Positions 12,430 through 25,955 of a DNA stretch of 64,000 nt are shown in pieces; the first letter of the stretch is position 1, and the number at the start of each line of letters is the position of its first letter. Made by a program: the position numbers and the translations under genes. Where the stretch lies: positions 140,368,001-140,432,000 of the forward strand of contig NC_042998.1 of assembly GCF_006345805.1 (NCBI RefSeq), in the 5' to 3' direction. The notes below the pieces were generated by a model. The model was given only the letters and a program-made list of their open reading frames with translations. It was not told the DNA's origin and made no database searches. Source of the DNA: Octopus sinensis. Lineage: Eukaryota.

Positions 12430-12575
12430 TATATATATGTTAAGGTTTATGAATGTATAAATATATGTGTGTGTGTGTATGTATGAATGTGCATAACTAT
12501 ATATATATATATATATATATATTTATGCACATTCATACATACACACACATATATATTTATACATTCATAAACCTT

Positions 12576-12662
<87 letters not shown>

Positions 12663-13079
12663 GTATATATATATATGCATGTGTGTATGTATTTAAATGT
12701 CACTGAGACCATTTGAAAGTATTGATTATAAAGATGTTGACAAGAGATAGACAGATAGATAGATTGAGAGAGAGAGAAAGGGAGAAAGGTAAAGAGAAGA
12801 TTTGAAATAGGTTAGAGACAGTTGACAAGCTGATTAGTCACGTCACTTTGATCAGGTATTAGGCGATTATTGACCAACCGCTTCTCCGGGAGGTTTCACT
12901 TTTAATGGGGTCGTTTTGTATGAGGGAGTAGAGTTGATTGTTAACTTAGTGGACTAATGATCTCTTTGTGTGTGGTGGTAGTGGTGGGTATGAACGAAAT
13001 GAAACAACGAAATGAAATGGAGAAAAGTGTGATAGAAAAGAGAAGACTTGATCGGAAGATCGGAAGAGAAAAGAAAACT

Positions 13080-13111
<32 letters not shown>

Positions 13112-14955
13112 AGGGAGAGCGATTGGACAAAAACAGAAAGAGAGGGCGAGAAAAGACGAGAGAGAGAGAGATAAGCATAGAGGGAGAGAGAGATAGATAG
13201 AGCGGGAGAGAGAGATAGACATAGAGGGAGAGAGAGAGATATAGAGGGAGAGAGAGATAGACACAGAGGGAGAGAGATAGAGAGGGAAAGTGAAACAGAA
13301 AGAAAACGAGAGACAGAGATTGAGAGGTAGATAGACAGACAGACAGAGAGTAAGAGCGAGAGAGAAATAGTGAAGGGATGGAGTAAATATGAGAGAGTAA
13401 AGATAGATTAAGCGAAAGAGATCGATGGTTATAAAACGGATATTAATCGACTAAATTTGACTAACACTAATCGAAGGCAAGTTGGTATAAAAGTGATTGC
13501 TAGTGAGAGCAGGAGACATATTTTATGTCACCATAAAACAAAATAAGATAAAGTAGTTTATGATAGTTTATGAAGGGAGATAAATCTTCAAAAGATATTT
13601 CTTGGGATTAATTATAAGTAGTTGAAGAAGACGAAAATCAGAAAAGGAAAATAAAGTAATAAAAAAATAGGAAAAAAAATATATGAGTCAGAACGAAGAG
13701 AAAGGCAAAACAGATTAAAAGAGAATCACAAAAGATCTATCTGTCCTTTGGACACGACCACATTCAAGCTCGTACATTTAAAAGGAGAACGTCAAAGGTA
13801 TATATGACAATTGGTGGTTACTGTTTGATCGTACAACAATATACTACCATTTCTGTTCTTTTTTCCTGTCTTTCTTTAGGCTTTCTACAGTCAGTTGATA
13901 ATAAATTTTACAAGAGAAACTTCAGAACTCCCCGGCAGCAAAGTAACATCATTGGAAATATAATATTATCGCTTTCTTAACTGTCTTCTGCCTTAAAGTA
14001 CATAGAGAAAGAAACGAAATTATGGTTATACAATTGAAGGGAAGGAAAGTCAAAAGACAAATACGAGACAGACTAATGCTGTTTTGTTCTGAGATTATAA
14101 AACAACAAGCGCTGACGAATATTGAACTAAGCTCTTGGCAATTCGAGTTCACAACTCGGTTTCATTTCCGTTTGATTTTGTTTCTCTCAATTGATCGAGG
14201 CGTAAACGTCGCACCTCTTTCCGCCTTTGCTTTAATTAAATAAGAATAATCACCATTTTATGACGAACGGCTATAAGTACGAATTGGCAAGCATTTGATA
14301 TTTGATTTTATTAATATTTTATGTGCTCTATGAAATGAAGAGTTTGTCACTTTTGTCATAATGAGCAAAATACTTATTGATAGCTAAAACATCCGCTGGC
14401 TCAGTTCACATAGTTGTAAATAGCTACCATGGTTAGGTACAGTTCATTATTATAAAGAATTTATGTTCTGTTACCTAACTCATTTCATTTTTGTATTTGG
14501 TTTGCATGATTCTTGATGTGAACTCCTGTTGAGACATATTTTGTTGTATTTCAGGACGGTCATTATGCCAATAATAAACACACGCACTGGTTCTGTGTCA
14601 CTTCTTTATAATTTGTTTGTCAATTGGTTAACTGTTAAAAGGTGTTCCTTTTAATATAGAGAGTGCGAAAAGAATCTGCTCTGGTAGTCGATATTACCTG
14701 AGTAAAACTATACAGTATTGTCAATCCTACTGGTGTTGGTGTCCTATCCATGTTTTAGTTATAATTGTCGGATGTCTAGGTGTGTAACAGTACAAGCTGT
14801 TTGTTAATTTATTGACTGTGTGTTATACCTAGTATGTAGCAATCCAGGCTGTGCATAGTTGTGTGTTATAGATTACAAAATGTGTGTTAGATACCGTGTA
14901 CAAAGATTCATCTCATCCTTAGTAGACTTCAGCAAAGTCAATATTTGAAATAATG

Positions 14956-15000
<45 letters not shown>

Positions 15001-15384
15001 TGAAGAAAAAATGCTTTCTAATTGATGTATCAATACCAGCAGATGACAACGTTTCTCTAAAAGAAATGGAGAAACTTTCAAAATACAAAGACCTGGAAAT
15101 AGCGGTAACTCGAATGTGGAATCTAAAAACAGAAACAATTCCTATCATAGTAGGCGCATTAGATATGATAAAAAAATATTCAGACAAATACATAACAAAA
15201 ACACCAGGACTTACAAATATATATAACACACAGAAAATTGTACTACTGGGCACTGCACACATCCTACGTAAAACACTTTCAATACAGCAACCATAAGAGC
15301 ATTACAGCAAACCACAACATGTACCCAAGGCACACAGAGCTGCGCTCAGTAGTGAAGTGAAAGCACACTATAAAAGTAAAACTA

Positions 15385-15387
<3 letters not shown>
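15001..15387 (+). mobile_element. 3' fragment of the same R4/Dong-like LINE
   Basis: CFLIDVSIPADDNVSLKE...LGTAHILRKTL plus the same 3' UTR. Flanked by (AAT)n on both sides. Confidence 0.92.
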
Positions 15388-15453
<66 letters not shown>

Positions 15454-16260
15454 CCTTTCTATTATAGGCACAAGCCCCTAAATTTGGGGGAGAGGTAAGT
15501 CGATTATATCGACCTCAGTACTCAACTAATACTTAATTTATTGACCCCGAAAGGATTAATGGCAAAGTCGACCTCTGCGAATTTGAACACAGAACGCTAA
15601 GAACCAACTGAAATGCAGCTAAGCATTTCACCGACCTGCAAACGATTTCAAATTTTGGCACAAGGCCAGCAATTTCGAGGCAGAGGTTAAGTCAATTACT
15701 TCGATCCCAGTGCTCATCTGGATCATATTCTATCAATCCCGAAAGGATGAAAGGCAAAGCTGACCTCGAAATAAGAATCCAAACTGTAAAACCGGAAGAA
15801 ATGCCACTAAGCATTTTGTTCAGGGCAAAAACAATTCTGCCAGTTAGCCAGCCTTTTAGTTATTCTTTCAAATTTTGACACAAGGCCAGTAATTTGAGGA
15901 AGAGGCAAATGCCAAATAATGACCTCAGTACTTAACTTATTCTGTATTTTATCGACTTCGAATGGACGAAATGTAAAGAGCCGGAACAAATGGAGCAAAG
16001 CATTTTTTCTGATGCTCTGGCAATTCTTCCATTTCACCGCTTTATGCTTTCAAATTTTAGCACATGGTCTAAGATTTTAGGGGAAAAGGTTGGTCAGTCA
16101 TATCGACCTAGTGCTCAACTAGTATTTATTTTAATCGACTCCGAAAGAATGAAAGATAAATTTAAACAAAAGCATAAAAAGAAATGCTGCTAAGTATTCT
16201 GTCCGACGTGCCAACGATCCTTCCAGTTCACTAATTTAATAATAATATTTACTACAACAA

Positions 16261-16660
16261 AGGCGGTGAGCTGGCAGAAACGTTAGCACGCCGGGTGAAA
16301 TGCTTAGCGGTATTTCTCCTGCCGTTACGTTCTGGGTTCAGATTCCGCCGAGGTCGACTTTGCCTTTCATCCTTTCGGGGTCGATAAATTAAGGACCAGT
16401 TACGCACTGGGGTCGATGTAATCGACTTAATCCGTTTATCTGTCCTTGTTTGTCCCCTCTGTGTTTAGCCTCTTGTGGGTAGTAAAAAAACAGGTATTTC
16501 GTCTGCCGCTACATTCTGAGTTCAAATTCCGCCGAGGTCGACTTTGCCTTTCATCCTTTTGGGGACGATAAATTAAGTACCAGTTGCGTACTGGAGTCGA
16601 TCTAATCGACTGGCCCCTTCCTCAAAAGTTTCGGGCCTTGTGCCTAGAGTAGAAAAGAAT
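16261..16660 (+). mobile_element. SINE family A, long bipartite form (also 46088-46480, 47154-47550, 51972-52280; single or partial copies at 2245-2460 and 60064-60265)
   Basis: Head+core+tail1, followed by a second B-box+core+tail2. Confidence 0.88.
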
Positions 16661-17268
16661 ATTTACCACCACAACAACAATAATATATTTTCTTTATTGA
16701 CAAGCGCCGCGAAAACAGGACAATTCAAAGACAAAAAACAATGAAGATTTACATATACCTGTGTAAACAAGAAAATAATATCACCATCAAGAAAATTGAT
16801 GATAAAATCCCCAATATTGGTAGTAACTTACAAGTTCAACCAAGGAGCACCAATTATCCTGGATCATATCAACCACCAAGGGACAAGATCCTCTGCTATG
16901 CATTCTATCCAGCCTACCGGAACAAACTCGAACAATCATCTACCTTTGAACAAATTTAGCAGTGGTGTTGGTAAGTAGGTGGGGTGGGGGGCAGCACCTC
17001 TCTCTCCACCCTCACCGTCCTTTTCGAGTGAAAGATAACAATAATAAAAATCTCTATATCATAAAGAGGAAGAGGAGGAGACGATGAAATATGTAGAAGT
17101 GGAAGGAGTTACATAAATGAGAAATTTTTTAAAATTTTATTTTGATTTAAAAAAATTTTTTCTTTTGAAATTAATATTCGTTTCATCATTTTGCATAAAT
17201 TTTAAGAAATTTGACAAAAGTTAAATTATAATTATTGTACGTATGACGTATTTCTTGATAATACTCAC

Positions 17269-17357
17269 GGTAGCATACGTCTACTTCCAAAGATATCCGT
17301 CATATGACGGGTAACACTTGCAATAATTCTTTCTATATTTCCCATTTTGGCAGAAGG
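17269..17357 (-). CDS. Candidate EGF-like-domain exon (phase 1-1), with a 1-nt deletion in this assembly
   Basis: Acceptor ttaccag| and donor |gtgagtat. It reads PFCQNGKYRKNYCKCYPSYDGYL-W-K-stop. Restoring one base gives ...DGYL[C]EVDVCY, with EGF cysteine spacing and a 90-nt symmetric exon. Confidence 0.6.
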
Positions 17358-17777
17358 CTGGTAACGTTAATGGTATGATGTTAATCGATTACATTAAACC
17401 CCAGCACATTACAGGTACTTTATCCTAGCAATCCCGGAGAAATAAAAATGCAGAATTCAACTCGGTAATACTTGAACTCACAACGTAAAGAACCAGAAGA
17501 TATGTCACTCAGCATTTTGTTCGATGCGCTAAAAATTCTGCTAGCTCGCCGTCTTTTAAATAATAATTATAATGTTTGTTTCAAATTTTTGACACAGCGC
17601 TAGCAATTTTGGGGGAGGGGGTTAATCAATTACATCGATTCCAGTGCTCAAATGGTATTTATTTTATCGACTTCGATAGGATTAAAAGAAAAGTCAAACT
17701 CGGTGGAATTTGAACCCAGAACGTAAAGAGGCGAAAAAATGTATAAAATTTCAAAATTTGGTATAAGGCCAGCACTC

Positions 17778-18192
17778 GGATCTTTTCGGTTTGAACGGCA
17801 GTTTTTTCTAGCGGATCATATGATATTGTCACCCATAATTATGACCCTAGAATCGATCTATTGCATTTCAATCTCTTTTACGGTTAGGGTTAGGGATGGG
17901 GGAAGGGTATATTTTTTTCTTCACAAATGTAAATAAACCCAATCTGATTCTTAAACGAGGGACATATTCATATGGCACAGAATGCTTTTTAACTCAATAG
18001 ACGTCACTGATTGGTTGAAATTGCAGAAATTGAAGAAAAAAAACAACAAATATCTTACAAACTATAGAATTTTCTCAATAAAGCCAAGAGAAAAAGATGT
18101 TTTATAAACACATTCTACCAGTATACGAAGTTTAAAATGTTTTAGTTACCTAGAAATTATGTTAAAAACTGCCGTTCAAACCGAAAAGATCC
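17778..18192. mobile_element. MITE with about 28-bp TIRs and an 8-bp TSD, nested in a SINE
   Basis: GGATCTTTTCGGTTTGAACGGCAGTTTT / AAAACTGCCGTTCAAACCGAAAAGATCC. TSD CAGCACTC at 17770-17777 and 18193-18200 (hAT/P/Merlin-type length). Confidence 0.88.
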
Positions 18193-18979
18193 CAGCACTC
18201 TCGAGGGTTAGGGGCAAGTTAGTTACATTGACCTAGTGTCAAACTGGTACTTATTCTATCGACCCCGAAAAGATTAAAAACATAATCGACCTCAGTGGAA
18301 TTTGAACTCAGAACGCAAAGAGCCGGAAGAGATACTGCTAAGAATTTTAGTTTCCAAAGAGTGTCATTGATGATAAATAAAAATCCAGTGTGTTGTGGCT
18401 ACGGCACGGTTTCAACTCCCAGGTTTACTAAATTCATTCAATTTATATCGTTTGATATACATCGTTGCGGAGCTAATGGTTCTTTTTGAAAGGCATTAAC
18501 GATGTAATTGAAACATCGCTAATTGGGAGACATATGAAAGTCATAGAAATTTAATTGCCTTCTACACCTTCTCCTTATAAACACGTGACAAGCTCGGTGT
18601 ATCAATATAAAGTATCGGTTATTGATCAACTATTTGACTTTGAATAGTTACTTATCAGCGAGGAATTAGTCAGGTTTACTTCAAGAGAAGAATAGCAATA
18701 AAACGAAATTGTGATGTCCACAAAGCCGTGCAGTCTCCGATGAGCTCCTAACTTGATCATCAACTAACAAGGGAACTTCTTTGTGGTCTTCCGACAAGCT
18801 AGAAATAGCAGCCAAATTTCTATCAAATCATAACTGTACCTGCTTTAAATATGATCGTAGATAATTACACAGCATTTGAAAAAGATATGTTAGTCACGAC
18901 AGGAATACCCTTTCATCATAAGTTTGCTTGATTAGAGCCAATCTGCAATAAAACGACAACACCTATCCCTTTCTTTCTC

Positions 18980-19023
<44 letters not shown>

Positions 19024-20411
19024 TGACCGCAGCTGATCTGTGGTTAACACTTCGTCTGTTACTCCGTCCGTCTACCCGCCCTCCCAGCATTTCTTTATTC
19101 CTTTTTCCTTCCTTTCTTTTTTTCCTATGACCGGGGGCAATCTATGGCTAACCAATAAAAAACATCACCACCTCACACAAACATTAGTGCGTACATTACA
19201 ACACAAAGTTGGATTTCCTTTACGCCATCAACAGGGCAATATAAGGCTCCGGGCAAAGGAATGCTTTAGAGCTCCTACGTTTAATGACAGCGAGCCACTA
19301 GACCAGTAGGGTCCCCTGGTTACTCCCTGATGTCCCTATGCCTTAAGATATCACTCACTACGGATGTTACCTTTTCCTTTTTTAATCACAAATAACTATG
19401 AACACTATCTTCATGCAGAGTATTTAAATCCAATCTAATGGCACGATATCCATCTCTTTATCAAGCTATATTCACGTAGGGATTGAAGTCATTACTACAA
19501 GGTACGTAACTATCAATTTTACACCAGTGTTACTGCTTTCAGAAATGAGTTATACCTACCTATGATGCCTATTACCACAAAGTGGACAGAGCCGTACTAT
19601 CTGAATGTTAAATATCTTTGATTCCGCACACATTGCTGATGACATCATTATACTAATCATTAACGTTTCGGATAGACGTCCAACACCGCATCAAAGCGGC
19701 TATCTGTAGCTCTCCATCTTCTCAAGTTAAAATATAAGATCAATATATATATAAGTACATAAATGCGCATGGGCACACTGGGCAGTTGCATAGTAACCAT
19801 ATGGGTCTAGGGACCCAGTGCCAATTTATGCTTGGGATGGCTTGCGGTCACCGAATAAAGGTAGAAGCTGAGGTGTATTGATTTGTCTGGGACTCATTAA
19901 TATCTAGTTCATAAGAGTGGAGCGTTTTTTCAAGATTTTTGATTTCGTGACGGGGCTACTGCGGAAAAGTTGTGAATGGACATCAGAATAATATATATAA
20001 AATCTTAGAACTTTGCGACAATATTTTCTGTCGCCACAAATGCATCGGATAATGGAAAAAGTGGGAAAAAAACCGCCTTTACTATTTATTAGCTATAAAA
20101 TATTGTTTTTATTGCATCTTCTTCGAATAAATTTTAAATGACTGTATTGAAATTACTCTAAAATACGACTTTAGAATGTTTATTTTTCTTCTGTGACTTC
20201 ATCTTCTGCCTCAACAAAGAGGGACGGGGGTGTACTGTAATTTTACGTCTACGTGAAAAATTTTCTCAATTCGATAAATTACAATATTTACGATATTTTT
20301 TGCATATTTTTAGGTGTTTGTGGAGGCTGATGAAGTCAAAGAAAAAACAGCGAAAACAAAAAACACTTTTGTGATGCAATGATTGTACAGCTGTTTGTAT
20401 ATTAGGTACTA

Positions 20412-20438
20412 TTGTTGTCGTCGTCGTCGTCGTCGTCG

Positions 20439-20472
<34 letters not shown>

Positions 20473-20534
20473 CGTCGTCGTCGTCGTCGTCGCTGCTGCT
20501 GCTGCTGCTGTTGTTGTTGTCGTCGTCGTCGTCG

Positions 20535-20565
<31 letters not shown>

Positions 20566-20624
20566 CGTCGTCGTCGTTGCTGCTGCTGCTGTTGTTGTTG
20601 TCGTCGTCGTCGTCGTCGTCGTCG

Positions 20625-20672
<48 letters not shown>

Positions 20673-20867
20673 GTTGTTGTTGTTGTTGTTGTTGTGTTGT
20701 TGTTGTCGTCGTCGTCGTCGTCGCTGCTGCTGCTGCTGCTGTTGTTGTCGTCGTCGTCGTCGTCGTTGTTGTTGTTGTTGTTGTTGTTGTTGTCGTCGTC
20801 GTCGCTGCTGCTGCTGTTGTTGTCGTCGTCGTCGTCGTCGTCGTCGTCGTTGTTGTTGTTGTTGTTG

Positions 20868-20917
<50 letters not shown>

Positions 20918-20921
20918 GTTG

Positions 20922-20975
<54 letters not shown>

Positions 20976-21000
20976 GTTGTTGTTGTTGTTGTTGTTGTTT
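20412..21000 (+). repeat. Compound (GTT)/(GTC)/(GCT) trinucleotide array
   Basis: Direct inspection. Confidence 0.97.
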
Positions 21001-21170
21001 AGCCCATGGTCAGATATGGTATAAGGAAATAAAGCAGGACAGGAGAAAAATAAAGGCAGAATAGAAGAGACGGAAGAGAAAACAGAAAGCAGAAAAAAAG
21101 AAAAGAAAAGAATGTCATTGCCAAGAGTATGTGCGATAATAGAGAAAGAAAAAATATTTCTCTATGACGA

Positions 21171-21382
21171 AGGCGGTGAGCTGGCAGAATCGTTAGCACG
21201 TCGGGCGAAATGCATACCTGTATTTCGTCTGCCGTTACGTTCTGAGTTCAAATTCCGCCGAGGTCAACTTTGCCTTTCATCCTTTCGGAGTAGATAAATT
21301 AAGTACCAGTTGCGTACTGGGTCGATCTAATCGACTGCCCCCGTCCCCCAAAATGCTGGGCCTTGTGCCTAGAGTAGAAAAG
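21171..21382 (+). mobile_element. SINE family A copy with 18-bp TSD
   Basis: AATATTTCTCTATGACGA at 21153-21170 and 21383-21400. Confidence 0.92.
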
Positions 21383-21858
21383 AATATTTCTCTATGACGA
21401 CGAATTGAAAGCGAAATTTGGATTCACTTTATCAGAGCCAAATTGATATATTTGAGCGTTTGGCATAAGGCCAGCACTTTGAAACAAGAAGAAAATAAAT
21501 CGTTTGAAACAAGAAGAAAATAAATCGTTTTTAACTGTGGGTCTCGGAGCAGATAAAGCCATTAATTATAGCGGGTAGAATGTTTGGTTGAAAAGGAAAA
21601 GGCCCAAGACTGCTCATGGGTCTTGAACCTACATCTTTTGATAAGCATAAGAGACGTTCTAGCTCTGTACCAAAGCAGCTCTTCGAAAGTTTGTCGTCCA
21701 TTTTAGAAGCTTTGTTTTCACCAGTGAAAATCGTAAGTTGTTTATGTCATAAATATTTAGAAATTTTGAGAAGCATAAAGCTAGGGCGTTATATTTTAAA
21801 TCGTGGAACTCGAAGTAGATAAAACTATTGATAATAGCGGGTAAAATATTAGATAAAA

Positions 21859-21942
21859 TGTGGAAGCACTCCGTCGGTTACGACGATGAGGGTTCCGGTT
21901 GATCCGAATCAACGTGTAAGTGGCTGAGCACTCCACAGACAC
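21859..21942. mobile_element. Short retroposed insertion with 11-bp TSD (diverged relative near 28630-28730)
   Basis: ATTAGATAAAA at 21848-21858 and 21943-21953. Confidence 0.6.
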
Positions 21943-22554
21943 ATTAGATAAAAAAAGACAACCATGGCAGGAGAAAGAATCGAAGGTTGCTCGCGAGCCA
22001 TAAATAAGGAGAAAATATTTGGTTGTTCGTTTCTTTGGTTTGTTTATTCTTTTATGCGCTCTCGCCGAAAGGCTGTGACTAAAATTGCGCTGCTATGTGC
22101 TTGATTTTGATGAGATTTTTTTTATTTGTTTCTGATTAACCTCAAAATTTTTTTATATATGAAAGGTGGGAGGAAAGAGAAACGCATAGTCGTGGTGTTT
22201 AGGGATGTTGAGGGCTTTTAGAGTGCAAGAAACGGAAATGAATTGATGGAAATTTATATTTTGCTCAACGTAGGTGGCCATGAAATTTAAAAACCAAAAT
22301 GCTGGTTTCCTTTGACTATGCTGCTGTTAATGATGATGATGATGATTGGGGAGAGGAGGAGGAGGAGAAAGAGGAGGAAGAAAGCTTCGTATATTATGCG
22401 ATGGACAAAAGAGGTCATGCTATTTCAAAGGGAATTATCAACACAGATGATAAAAAGTACATTAAAAACTTTCTCTCATTTACGAAACGAGTTAGTCATG
22501 TGATCAGGCTAAATCAATAGCATTGTTTTATTGTTTGAAGTGTTCTATTGAATA

Positions 22555-23210
22555 TTCCGTGACCTATTTATTGGGCTGACCATATAGTTGATAGGTTGAC
22601 CTATTTATCTAACTGATGATCATTTGGTCCAACCTAAACCCATTTATACATCTGAACGTGTTAAATTAATATAACTAATTATAGAATGGGTGGGATAGGG
22701 GCATTAAAGCAAAATAACCTTTTGAAATTCGACCTATTTATTAAACTGGCCGTTCGAACTGACTAGAGCCAATAATAAAAATGACCAATTGAAGGTGGGC
22801 ACATTTAAGCAAAAATATCTTTTGCTTTTTTTTTTTTTTTTTTTACTTATTTCTCTAGCTGATCATTTGGTATGCCCTCTATCTAACTGGCTGATTTGAA
22901 TTAATGTATCTAAGTATTCAGTGGTGGTGGGCCCATTTGAACAAAATGACTCCTTGGTATACTGACTTATTTATCTAACTGGCCGTGTTGAATTTATGCG
23001 CCAATCCAGGGACGTTGGATCTATTTTAGCAAATCGATTTTTCAGTATTTTGACCTACATATTTAACTGATCGTTGGTCTGATAAGAACCCATTTAACTA
23101 TTCATTCGGGGGTGCTGAGCTTCATTTAACCAAACTGATACCTAGGTATTCTGATTTAGTTATCTAACTAGTCATTTGGGGTAACTAAAACCCCATTTAA
23201 CTGGAAGTGT
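22555..23210 (+). repeat. Ancient degenerate tandem array (about 90-135-bp units)
   Basis: GAC(C/T)TATTTAT(C/T)TAACTG recurs near 22561, 22598, 22732, 22845, 22965, 23052 and 23152. Confidence 0.55.
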
Positions 23211-23423
23211 TGAAGTACTTTATCTATAGGTGCAGGAGTAGCTGTGTGGTAAGAAGCTTGCTTCCCAACCACATGGCTCTGGGTTCAGTCACACTGCATG
23301 ACACCTTCGGCAAGTATCTTCTACTATAGTCTCAAACCGACCAAAGCCTTGTGAGTGAATTTGGTTGACGGAAACTGAAAGAAGTCTGGAAGAAGCCCGT
23401 CGTATATGTATGTATGTACGTGT

Positions 23424-23466
<43 letters not shown>

Positions 23467-25266
23467 GTCCCCCACCACCGCTTGACAACCAGTGCTGATG
23501 TGTTTGCGTCCCCGTAACTTAGAGGTTCAGCAATAGAGACCGATAGAATAAGTACCATACTTTAAAAAACAAAACCAAAAAAGTTTTGGTGTTAACCTAT
23601 TCAACAAAATTTCTTCAGAAAATTCTTCAAAAAATTCTCAGACTGCGACCATGCCGCAGCATGGTCGCAGTCTGAGGACTGAAAGAAGTAAAAGAAGTAA
23701 AATATCCATTCGGGGCCGCATTTAAGCAAAATCACCTCGTGCTGTTTTGACCTATATTATTTCACGGGTGGTTTAGGGGATGGTGTTGAGTTAGGGTTAG
23801 CATTAGAGTTCGTTAGAATTCGTTTGCCTCACTGTCTATTCAGGTGTGGAAGTGACACATATACCCAACAAAACGTTGTGTTTATGCAGGGTAGTTGATA
23901 CTCGATACCACCCATACCACTACCACCGTCACCACCGTCACCACCACTACCACCACCGTAGCTATTACCACTAACCACCACTATCACCACTACCGTAGCT
24001 ATCACCACTACTACCACCACTATCATCACCACCATCACAACTACCACTGCCACCGCCACCGCCACCACGACCACCACCACGACCACCACCACCACCCAGG
24101 TAAGTTTTCCTTCATAGCCGAGATAATGTACCGTGAAGCAAATCCGACAAAATACTCACACCCATCAATTATCGATTAATCACTTCTGTCATCGATTCGC
24201 TATGTCTGTACTAAACGAAACTCGTGTACCTCTCAAAGCATCCCTTTTAGTTCGATCAGAGAAAATATCTTTCAGGTAGAATAACACACCACATTATCGA
24301 TCAGTCTCACTTATCATATTATTGATTAGATTGATAGTGTTGCTGCTGTAGTACGAGTATAAATACACTCATCGTAGTATCAGTTTATTACACATATCGA
24401 TTAGGCTTACCTATCTCAGAATAATTACACTTGCTTGATGCTATCGGGTAGTTACACCTTTCAGTGGATCAATTAAGTAGTTAAGTAACATTGAGTGTCA
24501 ACAGGATGCCAAACTATTAACCTGACGGGTCGTGGTTCGTATTCTGTTTCCGGCAAACACACAGTAAATCAATCCGTGGTCTAAACTCTAAATACTTCAT
24601 ATAAAGTTTAAGTATTGCAGAGTAGAAGCAGTTCTGGGTTTTGAGCAATAGGAGCTCTGCAGAGTTAACGAGAACTTCATCTAGAGAGAGGGATAAGTTT
24701 AATCGCTGTAAGATGTGAGAAATGTTACGTTTCGGATTTATTAACTTCATCAGAGGGAGAGCAAGTGAGTGATAGAGAAAACATTATTTTCTCTTCCTTA
24801 TTTACTCTCAATCAATAAGCAAAGGGCAAGGGAACGAAACGTTAGATCATTTCCCCTCACAATATGAGAATTTATTAAAGTCTACTAGACGCCGGTATGG
24901 TTGTGTGGTTAACAAGTTTGCTTCCCAACCACATGGTTTCAGATTCAGTCCCACTGTGCGGTCCCTTTGGCAAGTGTCTTCTGCAACAGCTCCAGGCCGA
25001 CCAATTCTTTATGAATGAACATGGTGGACAGAAACTGTGTGAACAAAAAGACAGACTCTGATGGAATAAGCACCAAACTTAAAACTATATCCTGGGGTCG
25101 ATTTGTTCGACTAAAACCCTTCAAGGAGATGCTTCAGAATGGCCACAGTCTAATGTCTGAAACAAGGGTAAAAGGTATCGATCGCTCTCTCCCCTATTGA
25201 TTAATTTTCATCGATGAAAACCATCCCTAGTTTCTTCGAAATTATGATTTCCAGTTACTCAAATAT

Positions 25267-25493
25267 TATTGGGTTGGTGCATAATTTTTGCAGCTTTTTC
25301 TTCAACAAATTTTATTCAATAAAAACAATAACAATATTTAACAAAAACATCCTTAAATGATGGTCTGACCGCCTGCCAAGCAAATGGGAAGCAGTAATTG
25401 AAGTAGATGCTCCGGAATAATCATTTGAAGATGATTTTGTTGCATGTTGTTATTGGTTTTGCACCAACTCAATAGCTATGCACCAACCTAATA
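25267..25493. mobile_element. Mariner-type MITE
   Basis: TIRs TATTGGGTTGGTGCATA / TATGCACCAACCTAATA, with a duplicated right TIR. Confidence 0.75.
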
Positions 25494-25955
25494 GCTTGCA
25501 GTGCTGACTTCAAATCACCCTGTGGGAGTAAATGGGTGCGTGGGATAGTGATGGGCACCCCTTGGGGTGACTTCCTTTGAGATCCTCGTGCTTCTTCGAC
25601 TCGGTGAGTTATGACACCTAGTGACAACTATTATTTGTCTCCTCAGCGCAACAACAAAGCAAAATCGTCGAGAGCATCGAAAATAATATTTTGCCGTATT
25701 TCTTGCAGATCTTTACAGTCTGAGTTGAAATTCCACCGGGATCCACTTTGCTTTTCATCTCCCCGGGGTTGATAAAATAAAGCAATAGTCAAGAACTGGG
25801 GTTGGTGATATCGACTACTCCCCACCCCACCCTAACCACCCACAACATTTCTGACCCTTGTGCCGAAATCTAAACGTATTCGTTTTCTTGGATGAAATTT
25901 TAGATAGAATCATTTGACATTATATTTTTGATAACCAGTGATCTCGATAAATTGG

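Noticed and set aside
17880-17900. TTAGGG-like telomeric motifs (also near 23790 and 57515)
   Set aside because: Only 1-2 units, inside a MITE or random sequence.
20327-20360. CTGATGAAG...GAAAAC; similar cores at 49392 and (minus strand) near 19650-19700 and 30930-30965
   Set aside because: No convincing stems I and II.
22555-23210. CRISPR-like repeat-spacer array
   Set aside because: The context is eukaryotic, the repeats are degenerate with irregular spacing, and there are no cas genes.
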